Below, in pieces: positions 48,126 to 64,000 of a stretch of DNA of 64,000 nucleotides. The first letter of the stretch is position 1. Every line of letters begins with the position of its first letter. The stretch comes from a bacterium. Its GTDB lineage: Bacteria > UBA8248. Below the pieces are notes generated by a model. It was not told the DNA's origin. It ran no database searches and saw only the letters and a list, made by a program, of their open reading frames with translations. The stretch is from NCBI GenBank assembly GCA_965213685.1, contig CBDBZY010000064.1, positions 1,248,001 to 1,312,000 of the forward strand, in the 5' to 3' direction. A program made the position numbers and the translations under genes.

Positions 48126-48870
48126 TTACTTGCGCAGAGACACTGTTTTGATATGCGTCATTGTACTTTTTTGTAGCTCTTGATACTGATCCTCAGAAAG
48201 TGCTCCCTTTTCAAGGAGGTTCACACACTGTCCAAGTTGATCGATCAACTCACATCGCATACTCATTCGTTTACTAGGAGAAGCTTCAGCTGTGGACCCC
48301 AAAGTATAACAGCATGCGGACTTCAATGTAATACCTTTCCCTTGATCACTATTTCTAAAGAATGGGTAGTTTATAGGACAATCAAGAGACGAGTGTTTTT
48401 TCATCTGTATGAGGTTAGCCCAAGTATGTAGCTGCTCAGGAGAATATGTAGTTTCATGTTTACCTTTGAGCTTCTTAAGTATTTCCCAAACTTCAAAGTC
48501 CTTTTCTCGCTGTGTCATGAGATTTTGTTGGTTTGGGTGACTGTGTTCTTTCTCTTTTTCGAGACTAAACACTGACAGAAGCCTTTGGAAAACACCAAAG
48601 GACATCTCTCGTACCTCCATAGTGTGCATACATCTCGATCAGATCACTATCTTCACATAGCCACTCTTGTTTTCCACGCAGTCCATGCCTAGGTACAATG
48701 TAACCGACTTGAATATCCATTGGTTCTGTCAGAGAATGATGTATGTAGTATGTCCTTGAGTTCTTGTATCGTGTTGAAGTAACTTATAGTGAACTTTTCA
48801 ACAGAGTAATCAGACTTCTTGGTGGGATTTATGATCGTCACACTATACTTAAACTGTTACCTGTGTGATG
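48126..48870 (-). pseudogene. Accessory ORF of unknown function convergent with the Tc1-like transposase (SHOCT-like C-terminus)
   Basis: EVWEILKKLKGKHETTYSPEQLHTWANLIQMKKHSS..SPSKRMSMRCELIDQLGQCVNLLEKGALSEDQYQELQ. The upstream part is frameshifted. Confidence 0.6.
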
Positions 48871-50279
48871 GTGCTGACACCTCTGCAAACTATGAAAGAA
48901 ATAAGGAAATTAAAGTACTCTAGAACCTAATTTAGGTGTGCGATAATTAGAGTAGAGATGTGGCGGGGGGGGGGGGGTTCCTGCACATGGCATTGTAATC
49001 AAGAATACCTGCATGTATTTTGCCAAGACTATTCTTGAATATGTAGCTACCTCAATTTCTGGCACTCCTTCAGGTTGAGGCAAGGACTCAGACTGAGAAC
49101 CCGAACCGTAGTACTTGCTGACGAAAGTACCGTCATAAACTCCGCTGGAAAGGTTGCCAGAGACTGAGTGCTGTCCTAGGAACCAGTTTTCTCGTTCCTC
49201 TGTATTGTCTGCCATGGGTTTATCACCCGGCCACTTACCCAAGTTCTTCAGCGCTGGCATAGTAGATTGTAATGGCTCATACATTCAGGGGAAGTATATG
49301 TCCTTAAGAGAAGCTGGTGAACAGGTTTTGCTGCCAGCAAATCCACCCCCTCCTCTAACTAGTTAGGAGGTTACGGAAGCAACGTTTGAGGATTTAGCTG
49401 GCTATATACCTCAAGTTACTTCAGGCAGGCCCTACCTTAGATTCTATGCCAAGCTATGTATCTTTTTATTCCTGTAGGTCTTGTTTACACTTACTTGGCT
49501 GGTAACGTTGGACAAACTGGAGATGGTGCTTTCAGGGCTCTGGCACGCGGTTACACGCACTGGGCCTCTGGAAGACTACAGGAGCTGCTTGGGAAAGAGG
49601 GGGACTTCACCACCATTCGCTGAGCAAAGTGTGATTGTGCTGCTGGGTAAGTTTTCTTATTGGTCATAATAGGTGACCGGATCTGCGAAAACCGACCACC
49701 TTGTAAAATATGTACATTAGGGATACGGACATTTGAACGCGGTCATGTAGTTCTAGACCCAAACTTTTTTATTATGCCACTGTAATCCTAGGTCCTTTAG
49801 CTACATCATGGTGGAGTTGGACTGTCATCAGCGCTTCCGTTCGAGTGCTATAGCGTGTAACATGCAGCCTATTCGAGCGCCCCGTTATAGTCTAGTATAC
49901 GATGTGCGTTGCTAAGCCGAAGAACATGATCTACAAGCTACGCTAAAGACTTGTAACTTGACTAATGGCTATATCGTATGGATAATCAGTCGATTACAAG
50001 TAGACACGAGTACTCGTGTAAAAACTGTAAGTATCGCGGAAGTATACGGACTACGCAAAACACGTCTTAGCAACCGCAATAAACGCCCGTTTTTCGGAAA
50101 GGGGGCTGCTACTTTCACATCATCCCATGTCCACTCATGTGATAAGCTAGTAGGCGTGGTCGAGTAGCGAACAAGCACCGGCTGGTGCGCGCTTTCTCGC
50201 ATGCGGAGAGGGCCTGGTGTGCTTCTACGCGAGTTGTTTCCTTTGCAGGAATAGCTGCAAACTTGTGTTCTAGGTACTA

Positions 50280-50474
50280 GTGCCTAAGGCAACGCAAGAA
50301 GATGCCATTACCCAGTTTCTACTTGGCAGAGATGTGTTTGTGGCCCAATCTACCAGCTACGGGAAAAGCCTTTGCTATTTCACTCTGCCGTTAATATTTG
50401 ACAGTTTTAGGACAGTCACCAACCAATCGTTTGTGTTGGATGTCAGTCCCCTAGTAGCACTAATGAAGGACTAG
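50280..50474 (+). pseudogene. RecQ-type helicase N-terminal fragment (AcademH-like origin likely)
   Basis: QEDAITQFLLGRDVFVAQSTSYGKSLCY..SPLVALMKD (motifs 0, I, Ia), then stop. Confidence 0.75.
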
Positions 50475-50779
50475 GTGGTTCACTAATTTGGATGACACAG
50501 AACTTCCACATGTCCCTCACCTTCCCTTCACACTTCCGTCCACATCTTCACCTGCTCTATTGTATGCTCAGTTCAATACTAAAATTGGTATTGATATGAA
50601 CAAGTAACATTATTAAAATAAAAAATACACATTGATATAAATAAGGAAAACAAAATATGCCCTGTTATACCTATATGACAGAAAGTAAAGTACGATGGCA
50701 AGGCAACAGGGACAAATTAAGTGACGTTAGACTCGGCTACTACAAGTAGATTGGCTTGCGTTTCTGCATCACCCACAGT

Positions 50780-51010
50780 AGACCGAGTGCCTCAGATACA
50801 GTGTATGAAAGATCTCAGGAGAGCCACAAATAGCTTGCTTTTCATACATCCCAAGGTGCTGCCGTAGCACTGGTCCTATTTCTCAGCTAACATTAATGCA
50901 AGCTTCTTGTAGCTGACTATTGCAGCATTACCCACTTCTCCAAACTGGTACACCGCAAGGGGTGTGAATGAGCCTTGCTCTACATTCCAAACATTTTTGT
51001 TCCTTTTCCA
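50780..51010 (-). pseudogene. CRE-like retrotransposon endonuclease fragment
   Basis: NVEQGSFTPL..GEVGNAAIVSYKKLALMLAEK resembles the 140-520 fragment. Confidence 0.55.
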
Positions 51011-52829
51011 TGCTGAGTTAAGAGCTGGAGGGTAGCATTTGTCTTGCCTGTCTGTGTCAGTCTCCGAGTAAGTGGCCAAGGCCTCATCTATCATCTTAAA
51101 CAATGTACCCAAGTCATGGTCCCCCAAAACTAAGGACTCTGAGGGTTGGGAAATGGGTAGGCCTACGGAGGCCGAAGGTCAGAGTAGAGACGACTGTGCC
51201 AGTGTGGTTGTATAACATGGTGAACAGTAATTGGGGTTGGGCTAGTGGAGTATCCTTTATTCCTGGAGTCGATGATCCCGACAACCGCGTCAGTGTTTGC
51301 GGCTGATAGCAGCGAGTCTGAATGGAGGGAGTGAGACATTAGCTATGCTGGCTGTGGTGGCCGGTGACTGCGAAGTTGATGATAGCTGCGTGTTTATACA
51401 GTTTCTACACTTTACACTCAACTTGGCAACACAGAGTCATCCTCAATGTACGGACGTCCTACGCTCTGGTTCTTGGAAGCCACGCCAACTCTCAAGGCTA
51501 AAAACACGCCCCCGCCAACGACATCGCGTATTGTGGTCAGCTTGTTACGTTCCTCGGGAGCAACCCTGTACACCAGGCCGCGTGCGAAAAGGCGTGGCTC
51601 CGCGACGCTAGCGCATGCATGGCCAGCCTGTAGACGTAGTATAGTAACAACTGACGCCATTACGTCATTGGCTATGCACGTGATAGGGGGCATCGGATTG
51701 CGTGAAAGTAGTAGACCCCTTTCCGAAAAACTCGTGCGCCTAAATTAGCCGACTCACCGTGCTTCTAAGGATTGTATCTCCAAAACTATACAGGCGATCG
51801 CTTCCAAATTTTCACCAGACCTAGACCACACCTCAATGATATCATTCATTGCGCTATCTCGATTTCGATGGCGGGTACAAGGTGGTCGGTTTTCGCAGAT
51901 CCGGTCACAATTAGTCATATACTGTAATGCTCTGTTTCAGGATGTCCTCCAGCTGTACACGTGTCCGCCCTCCTACATGCCCTGACTGCTCAACCCCCTT
52001 ATCGTTCCAGCCTCATCTGAACTTACCTACCATCAGTGGTGCTGAAACTGAACCCGCTTTAGTCACGTCTTTACCATGAAAATGGAAAGCTCCAAAGGCC
52101 AAAAAGGATAGTACACTGCCAGTTACATCCACCTGCTTTGAGAAGCATGACTATCAGAAGTCGGTAAAGAAACTTCTAGAAGACTCATCCTCGTTCATCC
52201 GAGTATAGGGGCCAAATTCAAAGCAGGCTACCCTCATTCTTGCAGAAGGTAATAGGAGAGGTTAGCTATTTCTTTTTTTTGCTGGATTCTACATTAAAGC
52301 AGCCTCAATTAGCACCAGCATCTGTTAATATCGATGATGAAAATCTTCAAGTCGCAAGAAACCTTGAAAGTCACTGCTGTTAAAGCACGAGAAATAGAAA
52401 GAAAAGCGCGAGCAAAGACTTTTCTCTGGTTTTCTGTCAGACGATATCGCATCACCTCTCTTTTTGGAGCAATATACACTCGAAGACCAACCACAGCTCC
52501 AGATACTTGGTTTTGAGGATTGAACTTTTCTTCTGCAACACAGGATGGGATAGACAACGAACAGAATGCTGTACGTGAGTATATTGCGTAACAGCAGTTA
52601 CATGGCCATCCCCAGTTAACTGTTTCTCCTTCAGGATTCCTTATTAGCTCTGAACATCCTTTTCTTTGCGCATCTACTGATGGAGCTGTGTATCACCCCG
52701 GTAATGTGCAGCATCTATTTGGTTTCTAGAGATCAAATGCCCATACACTGCCAGAAATGTTCTGCCGTTCCAAGCTTGCGGTGACTCTACTTTCTGCTGC
52801 AATCTCAAACCTCAAACAGGCTCCCTTAT

Positions 52830-56393
<3,564 letters not shown>

Positions 56394-57340
56394 CGGAAAT
56401 CGCTCCTACATAAACCGGGGATATGAAAAACATAGCCCTATTTGGTGTACATGCCACAAGAAACTTTACTGTGTTGTGGTGCTTGTACTGACTCCAAGTC
56501 GAAGACAGGAGGTGAATGTCCGGTGGTGTTTCAATAAACACTTCACTTCCATCAATTATGGCGTATGTGGAGGGAAATTTTTCTCTGAAATCAGCAGGCT
56601 GAGTTCAAAATACTTGAGCGATAGATGGAATCCACTCAATGTCTTGAAGTTCCCTGTATAAAAAACAAATCCAAGTCGTGATGTATTGAGAAACCTGCGA
56701 AACTGAGAACCCAAAACGAAATGCAAGATCTCTGTGACGTAAGTTCAAACGCAGTTTAACTAGCACAAAAAACAGCTGGTTCTTTGGGTCTACTTTCCTG
56801 AGCCGACGACGCTGCGTACAAATTCTTTTGACCCCCAGTAACTCAAATGGTCCACAGCAGGGCCAAGTAACTCAAAGAAAGCTAAAAACAAAGTGAAAGA
56901 AGTGAAGCCTGTATAGAACTGCACCAACTTGTCATCATGCCGTAGGCATTCGAAAAAATTGTTTGTCATTCTTTGAGTCCATCTTCTTTTCTGACTCAAG
57001 TAGCTCTATACAAGTCAGCAGTGCCTGGTTGATCAACTGGCATTCTTCAGGCTCCATTCCACTAGATTCAGGCAGTTCATGAACTGAGTAGTTGGTTTCA
57101 AGCTGTTCACCAGCCTGGGCAATCTTGAAACTAGAGTGAGGAGTTACTGGTCCAGTTCCAGAGCTAGCCACAGGAGGTACAGATCTTGAGGGAGTCCTAT
57201 GAACAGGAGCCTCCTGTGCCATCTGTTTATATCCATGATCCAGCCTATTCTGTAATACGCTTGCCAAGTGTGGGACTCCTACACAGTTAAGACAAAAAAT
57301 TGAAATGTGCCCTGCGTATTTGTTCTGGCAGATGGTTGGC
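56394..57340 (-). pseudogene. Degenerate ISL2EU/Harbinger-type (HTH_Tnp_4 + DDE_Tnp_4) transposase, convergent with the YqaJ-like gene
   Basis: DDKLVQFYTGF, DLAFRFG, TTWICFLY, YAIIDGSEVFIETP and WSQYKHHNTVKFLVACTP. Confidence 0.8.
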
Positions 57341-57517
57341 AAGCTATGAAGAGTTACTGTATGTATTAATACTTCCCATGTTAGCCAGCCGCCGGGAATA
57401 TTTGAGAATAATCAGTTTACATCAGTACCACACTCAGCTTTCCTACTTTCCACCGGAACTTCTAACTCAACAATCAATGACTGTTGCTACCCGTTCCAAC
57501 ATCTCTCCTCAGTTTAA

Positions 57518-58001
57518 CCCTTTCACTTGCGTTCCCACGATGGAACGAGCAAACAACATGACACGGTCTTTCTTAGATCTCCGTTTACCTCTGGCCCTTC
57601 CGGTCGCCTGGCTACCTCCATGGCAACGGCATAGCCCGCAAGTCTCCTGGCAACCAATTCAAATCTCCGTATTCCTACAGATCGAAGCCACTCGGCCCAT
57701 TTATGGCTACTTGCAGAGCCCAGACTTCACTCCAGCCACCGCTAGCCCTTCCTGACACTTCATCACACTGCCTGCTATGCTTCTTGTTTTTTTTAAAGTA
57801 TACAATAGCAAAGATGAAAGCTACATGAAAGCTCCAACCGCCACATCCAAGCGCCGAGAGGCCACTTCAAGGGGGGTGTGTTTTTTTTTATCAGTAAATT
57901 GCCCGCGTGCCGACATTACATCATCAAATGTTCCATATTTCTCCAGTTTTACGCTGTTTTAGAAAGTGTGCAAAAAATGCGCACTTTTGAGAGCGAAAGG
58001 A
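57518..58001 (-). mobile_element. Solo LTDR of the piggyBac family
   Basis: TTAA-CCCTTTCAC...GAGCGAAAGGA-TTAG with unrelated sequence on both sides. Confidence 0.85.
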
Positions 58002-58199
58002 TTAGTCCCTTTTGTATGCACAATACAGTTTCGGAGTTCCTTCCTGCCTGGACACTCCAGTTGTGGAACAACTTACCTACTGATAATTTAGATAATGACT
58101 GTAGATCCTTTAAATGTATACCAACTCCTTGCTATTTGTGTTGCCAAGCATATACTTATGCAGAATCAATTAAAAAGTCGAAAGTAAGTCCTAATAATG

Positions 58200-61100
58200 A
58201 TTAGCCCGGAATGTGCTAATTGTTTTTGGACGCACTTTTGATTTAGTCTCCGAGTGCAACACATTCTGCGCATGCACAGTAGCGGGTGGGGTGGAACCTA
58301 GCCCTGAGCAATAGTCTGGGGGCGAGGCCTGTACATGTTAAGAATGCACTGGTAAGCTGTATATACGTACACAGTAAATGTGCAAGGTAAGTAATATGCA
58401 TGAGAACACGTACTGAGTCACCACTTCCCCTGCTGCCCAGCTTGAGTGTATCTATGGGAAGAGTGGATTCTATGTCACTTGGGTTCATTTCAGGTTGTGC
58501 CTCGAGTTCTTCTGCTGTCTTCTGGGACAAAAGTAAGCATTTGTTAGGTCGTCCAGAAGAGTAGGCAGGCATCTTGATGACCTAGCGAAGGCTTACTTGT
58601 GTCCCAGAAGGCAGCAGCAGAGCTAACACAATCGAGGCACTACCTTGCAATCCGAAATGAACCCAAAAAAAACATTCACGTTTGACGGCAGAATGCTTGA
58701 AAGTGGTGACTCAGTACCTGTTCTCATGCATGTTACTTACCTTGCACATCTACTCACGGTATGTAGTCTCGCGAGCCAGACCCTCTCGGCAGGCGGAGGG
58801 TCTGGCTCGCGAGACTATGCCAGTACATTCTCACATGCACAGGCCTCGCCCCCAGAATATTTGCTTAGGGTCTAGGCTCCGCCCCAACCGCTACTGCGCA
58901 CGCGCAGAACGTATTGCACTCGTCTAAGAAATAGATTAGCCCGGACCGTGCGAATAATCACTTTCGACTTAGACTTTTCTTCAAAGCCGAAGTACGCATG
59001 CGCAATCCTATTGAACATTGATTGTGGAGGAAGGCGTTTACTCTTTAGGAGAGTGAAGACGCCAGCAGCGCCCTGTGTGAGAATTGCGGTGCAAGCAACA
59101 GCTGTAGGAAGAAGGAAGTGTATTCAGTCATGACGAAAGGTTTGAGCGTCATCAAGAGCTTTAGTCAAGCATCCCGCTCGTTATCTATGGTCAAGCAGGG
59201 GCAAAGGCAAGGTGTGGTCTAGATACTTTCATACCAATCGTAAAAACACAGAAAGGGGCATCGGCTGTACTCCCTTACATGCATAAGATGTTGAAAGCAA
59301 ACTGCAGGTAAGTGTCACAAAGTGAAATTTACGCCGTGACAGGAATATTCTATGTATTTTTTCTCACATACCACTTTGTTCATAACCCCATCTATGATGA
59401 TGCACCCTAGCTAGAGACTTACAGCACTATACACGCACGGTTGTACTTGGAGTCTTTGCTCCTGCTTGACTGTCCTCCTGGTGATGCTCAGACCTTTCTG
59501 AATACACTTCCTACTTCTTAGAGCTGTTGCTTGCACCGAAATTCTCTCACACAACTCGCTGCTTGCGTCTTTGAGCGGTTACCTAGTGCGCTGAAGAGTA
59601 AGCGCCTTACATTACTTCCACATGCTATGCATTCAAAGGGGTGTGGTATCACGATTGCGCATGCGTCTTTGGCTTCGAAGAAAATTCTAAGTCGAAAGTG
59701 GTTCCCATAAAATTTGCCCGGACCGTGCTAATCTTTTTGGACGTATATACTTTCGTCTTAGTCCTCGAGTGCAACACGTACTGTGCATGCGCACTATCGG
59801 GTGGGGAGGAGCCTAGTCCTGAGCAATAATCTGGAGGCGAGGCCTGTGCTGGTGAGAATGTACTGGTAAGCTGTATATACGTATATATACATAGTAAATG
59901 TGTAGGGAAAGTAACATGCATTGGAACAAGTACTGAGTCACCACTTCCCTTGCTGCCCAGCTTGAGTGTTTCTATGTGAAGAGTGGATTATATGTCTCTT
60001 GGGTTCATTTCAGATTAAAAGGCTGTGCCTCGAGCACTTCTGCTTGTATTCTGGGACAAAAGTCAGCATTTTTTAGGTCGATCGTCCAGACACTTGCCTA
60101 CCCTTTCCATGAGATTTTACCTTTTCTCCTCCTTCCTGCTGCTCACAAGCTCTCAGCTCCACTGAGGTTGCGCCCCAAGCTTGCATTGGCTTTCAACAAT
60201 TCGTGTGGGAGATTGGTACAGCTACAACTACACAAGCTAGTCAACTACGGCACGGCGAATTGCTGTACAAGCTACAGCAGCAAGGAGAGGGAGGGTAGGC
60301 AGGTATCTTGACGACCTAGCGAAGTGTTCCAGAAGGCAGCAGAAGAGCTAATACAAGCGAGGAACTACCTTGCAATCCGAAATGAACCCAAGAAACATTC
60401 AAGCTGGACGGCAGAATGCCGGGAAGTAGTGACTCAGTACTTGTTCTCATGCATGTTGCTTACCTTGCACATCTACTCACGGCATGTAGTCTCGCGAACC
60501 AGACCCTCTCGGCCTAGCGGAGGGTCTGGCTCGCGGTACATTCTCACATGCACAGGCCTCGCCCCCAGATTTATTTGCTCAGGGCTAGGCTCCGCCCCAA
60601 CCGCTACTGCGCATGCGCAGAACGTGTTGCAGTCGGAGACTAAGACGAAAGTGCGTCCAAAAAATTAGCCCGGACCGTGCGAATTCCTTTTTTGGGAACC
60701 ACTTTCAGCTTAGACATTTCTTCAAAGCCGAAGTACGCATGCGCAATCGTGAGACCACACCCCTTTGAACGCTGATTGTGGAAGGAAGGCGCTTATTCTT
60801 TACATATAGAGGAGTTTGAAGACACTAGCAGCAAGGCAAGCAAGGCTTGAGCGTCATCATTAGTCAAGCATCCCGCTCGTTTATGTATGGTCAAGCAGGG
60901 GCAAAGGCAAGGAGAGCTCTAGGTACTTCATAAAAACACAGAAAGGGGCATCGGCTGTACTCCCTTACATGCATATGATGTTGAAAGCAAACTGCAAGAA
61001 GTGTCAGAAGGTGAAATTTACCCCTTGACAGGAGTATTACTCACGTATCACTGTGTTCGTACCCCCATCTATGATCATGCACACTAGAGACTTACAGCAC

Positions 61101-62275
61101 TACACGCACGATTGTACTTGAAGTCTTTGCCCCTGCTTGACTAATGCTCCTGGTGATAGTCAGGCCTTTCTGAATACCTTTCCTACTTCCTACAGCTGTC
61201 GAAATTTTCTCACACAACACGCTGCTTGCGTCTTCACTCTCCCCTTTAAGCTACCTAGTGCGCTGAATAGTAAGCGTCTTCTGCTTCCATTCGAAGGGGT
61301 GTGGTCTCACGATTGCGCATGCGTACTTTGGCTTTGAAGAAAATTCTAAGTCTAAAGTGGTTCCAAAAAAATTTTCCCGGACCGTGCAAATTTTTTTGGG
61401 ACGTACTTTCGACTTAGTCTCCGAGTGCAACACGTTCTGCGCGAGCGCAGTAGCGGGTGGGGCGGAGCCTAGCCTTAGCAATAATCTGGGAACGAGGCCT
61501 ATGCATATACTGTAAGCTGTATATACGTACATAGTAAATGTGAAAGGTAAGTAACATGCATGAGAACAAGTACTGAGTCACCACTTCCCTTGCTGCCCAG
61601 CTTGAGTGTTTCTATGTGAAGAGTGGATTCTATGTCCCTTGCCCTTGGGTTCATTTCAGATTAAAAAAAGGTTGTGAAGTGAGCATTTGTTAGGGCGTCC
61701 AGACACCTGCCTACCCTTTCCATGAGAATTTTTTCTCCTTCCTGCTGCTGCTAAGCTCTCAGCTCCACTGAGGTTGCGCCCAAAGCTTGCATCAGTTTCA
61801 ACAATTCAGGTGGGATTGATACAGCTACTAGACAAGCTAGTCAACTACGGCACGGCAAACTGAATGAATTGCTGTACAAGCTACAGCAGCAGGGAGAGGG
61901 AGGGTGGGCAGGTGTCTTGACGACCTAGCGAAAGGATAACTTGTGTTCCAGAAGGCAGCAGAAGAGCTAACACAATCGAGGCACTACCTTGCAATCCGAA
62001 ATGAACCCAAGAAACATTCAAGCTGGACGGCAGAATGCTGGGAAGCGGTGACTCAGTACCTGTTCTCATGCATGTTACTTACCTTGCACATCTACTCACG
62101 GTATGTAGTCTTGCGAGCCAGACCCTTGCGAGACTATGCGTCTTTACCACACATGCACAGACCTCGCCCCCAGATTATTTGCTCAGGGCTAGGCTCCGCC
62201 CCAGCCTCTACTGCGCATGCGCAGAATGTGTTGCACTCGGACTAAGTCGAAAGTACGTCCAAAAAAAAGATTAGC
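58200..62275. repeat. Tandem array (~1.5-1.7 kb period, ~2.5 units) of internally inverted repeat units
   Basis: Blocks recur directly at ~58240/59755/61410 and ~58600/60325/61942, and these two block types are largely reverse complements of each other. Confidence 0.75.
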
Positions 62276-63727
62276 CTTGGATTGTGGGGCTACGGCAATC
62301 GATATCCTACGGGGTTAAAGGCCACTGGTGCGCGCCTGAACAGAGCGCCCTAGACGACGAAGGCTAGGGATAAAACTAGTCTATACGGACTTGGCCGTAT
62401 GACAGGGCTAGGGGTAGGTTAGGGACTTAGTCGTGTGACGGGGCAAGGGGTAGGCTAGGGACAAGTTCACCTATAAACCTCTACGAATGCAATGGTACCT
62501 GTGAACAAGACGCAGCGCACAGAGCGACACGGCGGGCTGCAGACACAAGTCTTAGTCCCTTGCCTTGGTCGTGTGACGGGGCAAGGGGTAAGGGTAGGCT
62601 AGCAACACAAAAACATAACGGGACTCGGCGTGCTACGCCTATGGATTGGGGTGAGCCCGATGACAGAATAGCTTTGTACTAACCACGGACCTCACAGAGT
62701 AGTGGACCAACCTCATGCAGTACTCGAGTAACGGATTGACCCCATTAACAGGTCGACATCATGAAGCTACAGACCTACCTCATGAAGTAGCAGGTCGATC
62801 TCATAAGGCTACAGACAGACCTCATAATCTAAAGGTCGACCTCATGAAAGTATGGACTAACCCCATCGTCGTTGCTGAGTGTACGGGAAATAAGCGCTTT
62901 ACTTTTGACGCAGAAAACGCGTTATACCTTCCTTGTTACGTAGTCTGCGGTGAAAAGTGACGTTCCTCACTCAGCGAGTGACAAGAAGAACTGTAGAAAC
63001 CCAGCTTGCTCTCCGGATGTATCACAGTATTAACCACTACGTACCAGAGAGTAGCCTAAGCACAGTCTGCACAGTTCAGAAGAGTGTGACCGCAGCATTC
63101 AGACAGCTATCAGTGCAAATTAGCAGTTGACTGTACAGGGCAGTAGCGTCTCATTGCCAAGTCACGTGCATTGGGAAATTCTGTATCACAAACACTGCTT
63201 GGTATGGGATGCTTCACAGAACAAATCATTTCGCCGATGCTCACCCCACGATTCCCAGCATTCTATAGTTAACAACATAATATAATTCATGCTATTGTAC
63301 ACCTGACACTGAATCAACAAAAATGGTGAAAAAATTGCAAACACATGCACTGTATAATACATGAAGATCAACACCTCATTCTCGAGAGATCGCCAAAGGT
63401 GAAGGTGCTTTTACTTCCTGTATGAAAACACAATTATAAGCAATCATAAGCAATAATAATTATTAGCCTATTGTGTACCAGATTAGCACTTGTACAGCGT
63501 ATTTCTATTCACCTTTCTATACACAGGACTGGACATGTAGTTATAGCAGTGCGCTAAATTCTCTTTCACGCACACCTGGTTGGCAAAAGCGCGTGGAGTG
63601 CTAGTGTATCACCCTGTCAGTGGTACCGCCATGTGTAATGGCTACGTCGACTCATTAAATTGGCAGGCCAGGAAGAAATACTGTGAAAAGCTTGGAAGCT
63701 ATTGGCCTGTCTCTAGTCTATCAAGGT

Positions 63728-63990
63728 AGACCCTACTCCGAGCACGAAGTACGAGTAGGGTCTAGCAGAGGTTATTAGTATGAATTACCTTCTGACCAAT
63801 CAGATTCAGTAGCCGAATCTGGAGCAGTAATTAGAGGTAATATTATCCGCCTGTTAAGTATGTGTGAAAACCATGGCCAGGCACGAATATAAGCCTAGGT
63901 AGAGTAAATGTATGTGATAAGTGGCTGCGTAAGGACATGTCAAACCTCAGGGCAATGCATACTAATAACCTCTGCCAGACCCTACTCGTG
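63728..63990. repeat. Small TIR/hairpin element, possibly running out of the window
   Basis: CGAGTAGGGTCTAGCAGAGGTTATTAGT is inverted at ACTAATAACCTCTGCCAGACCCTACTCG, with a local hairpin TAGACCCTACTC..GAGTAGGGTCTA. Confidence 0.5.
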
Positions 63991-64000
63991 GAGTGATAGA

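Larger units (their letters stand above)
49673..51908. mobile_element. Unclassified TIR element carrying a RecQ-helicase fragment and a CRE-like endonuclease fragment
   Basis: Perfect TIR GTGACCGGATCTGCGAAAACCGACCACCTTGT / ACAAGGTGGTCGGTTTTCGCAGATCCGGTCAC. Confidence 0.8.
49250..52825 (+). pseudogene. Degenerate YqaJ/lambda-exonuclease-like gene of an ISL2EU-type element, interrupted by the 49673-51908 element
   Basis: FRALARGYTHWASGRL, VTSLP..WKAPK, WFSVRRYRITS, SGFLISSEHPFLCASTDG and LEIKCPYT (PD-(D/E)XK motif). Confidence 0.7.

Overview
Repeat-dense eukaryotic (animal, probably demosponge-like; inferred from the repeat content) genomic DNA. The one host gene I recognise is the spliced 5' coding part of EXOC8/Exo84 on the minus strand (four exons, 14676 down to 2349, continuing out of the window). 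The rest is mostly nested transposons: tRNA-derived SINEs ending in (CATGTA)n tails, Kolobok-, EnSpm-, AcademH-, pogo-, MULE- and HINE-like derivatives, an ISL2EU-like element, and two IS630/Tc1-like elements that each carry a convergent second ORF. There is also an apparently intact piggyBac whose transposase has a microsatellite-filled intron. The most striking structure is a second piggyBac family built like an LTR element. A ~485-bp module, itself bounded by CCCTTTCGC...GCGAAAGGG inverted repeats, flanks the transposase-bearing internal region as long terminal DIRECT repeats. It occurs as full elements, solo repeats, a three-repeat multimer and copies nested inside each other's terminal repeats (21570-38761, 42241, 52830, 57518). 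All calls were made by eye; no searches were run.
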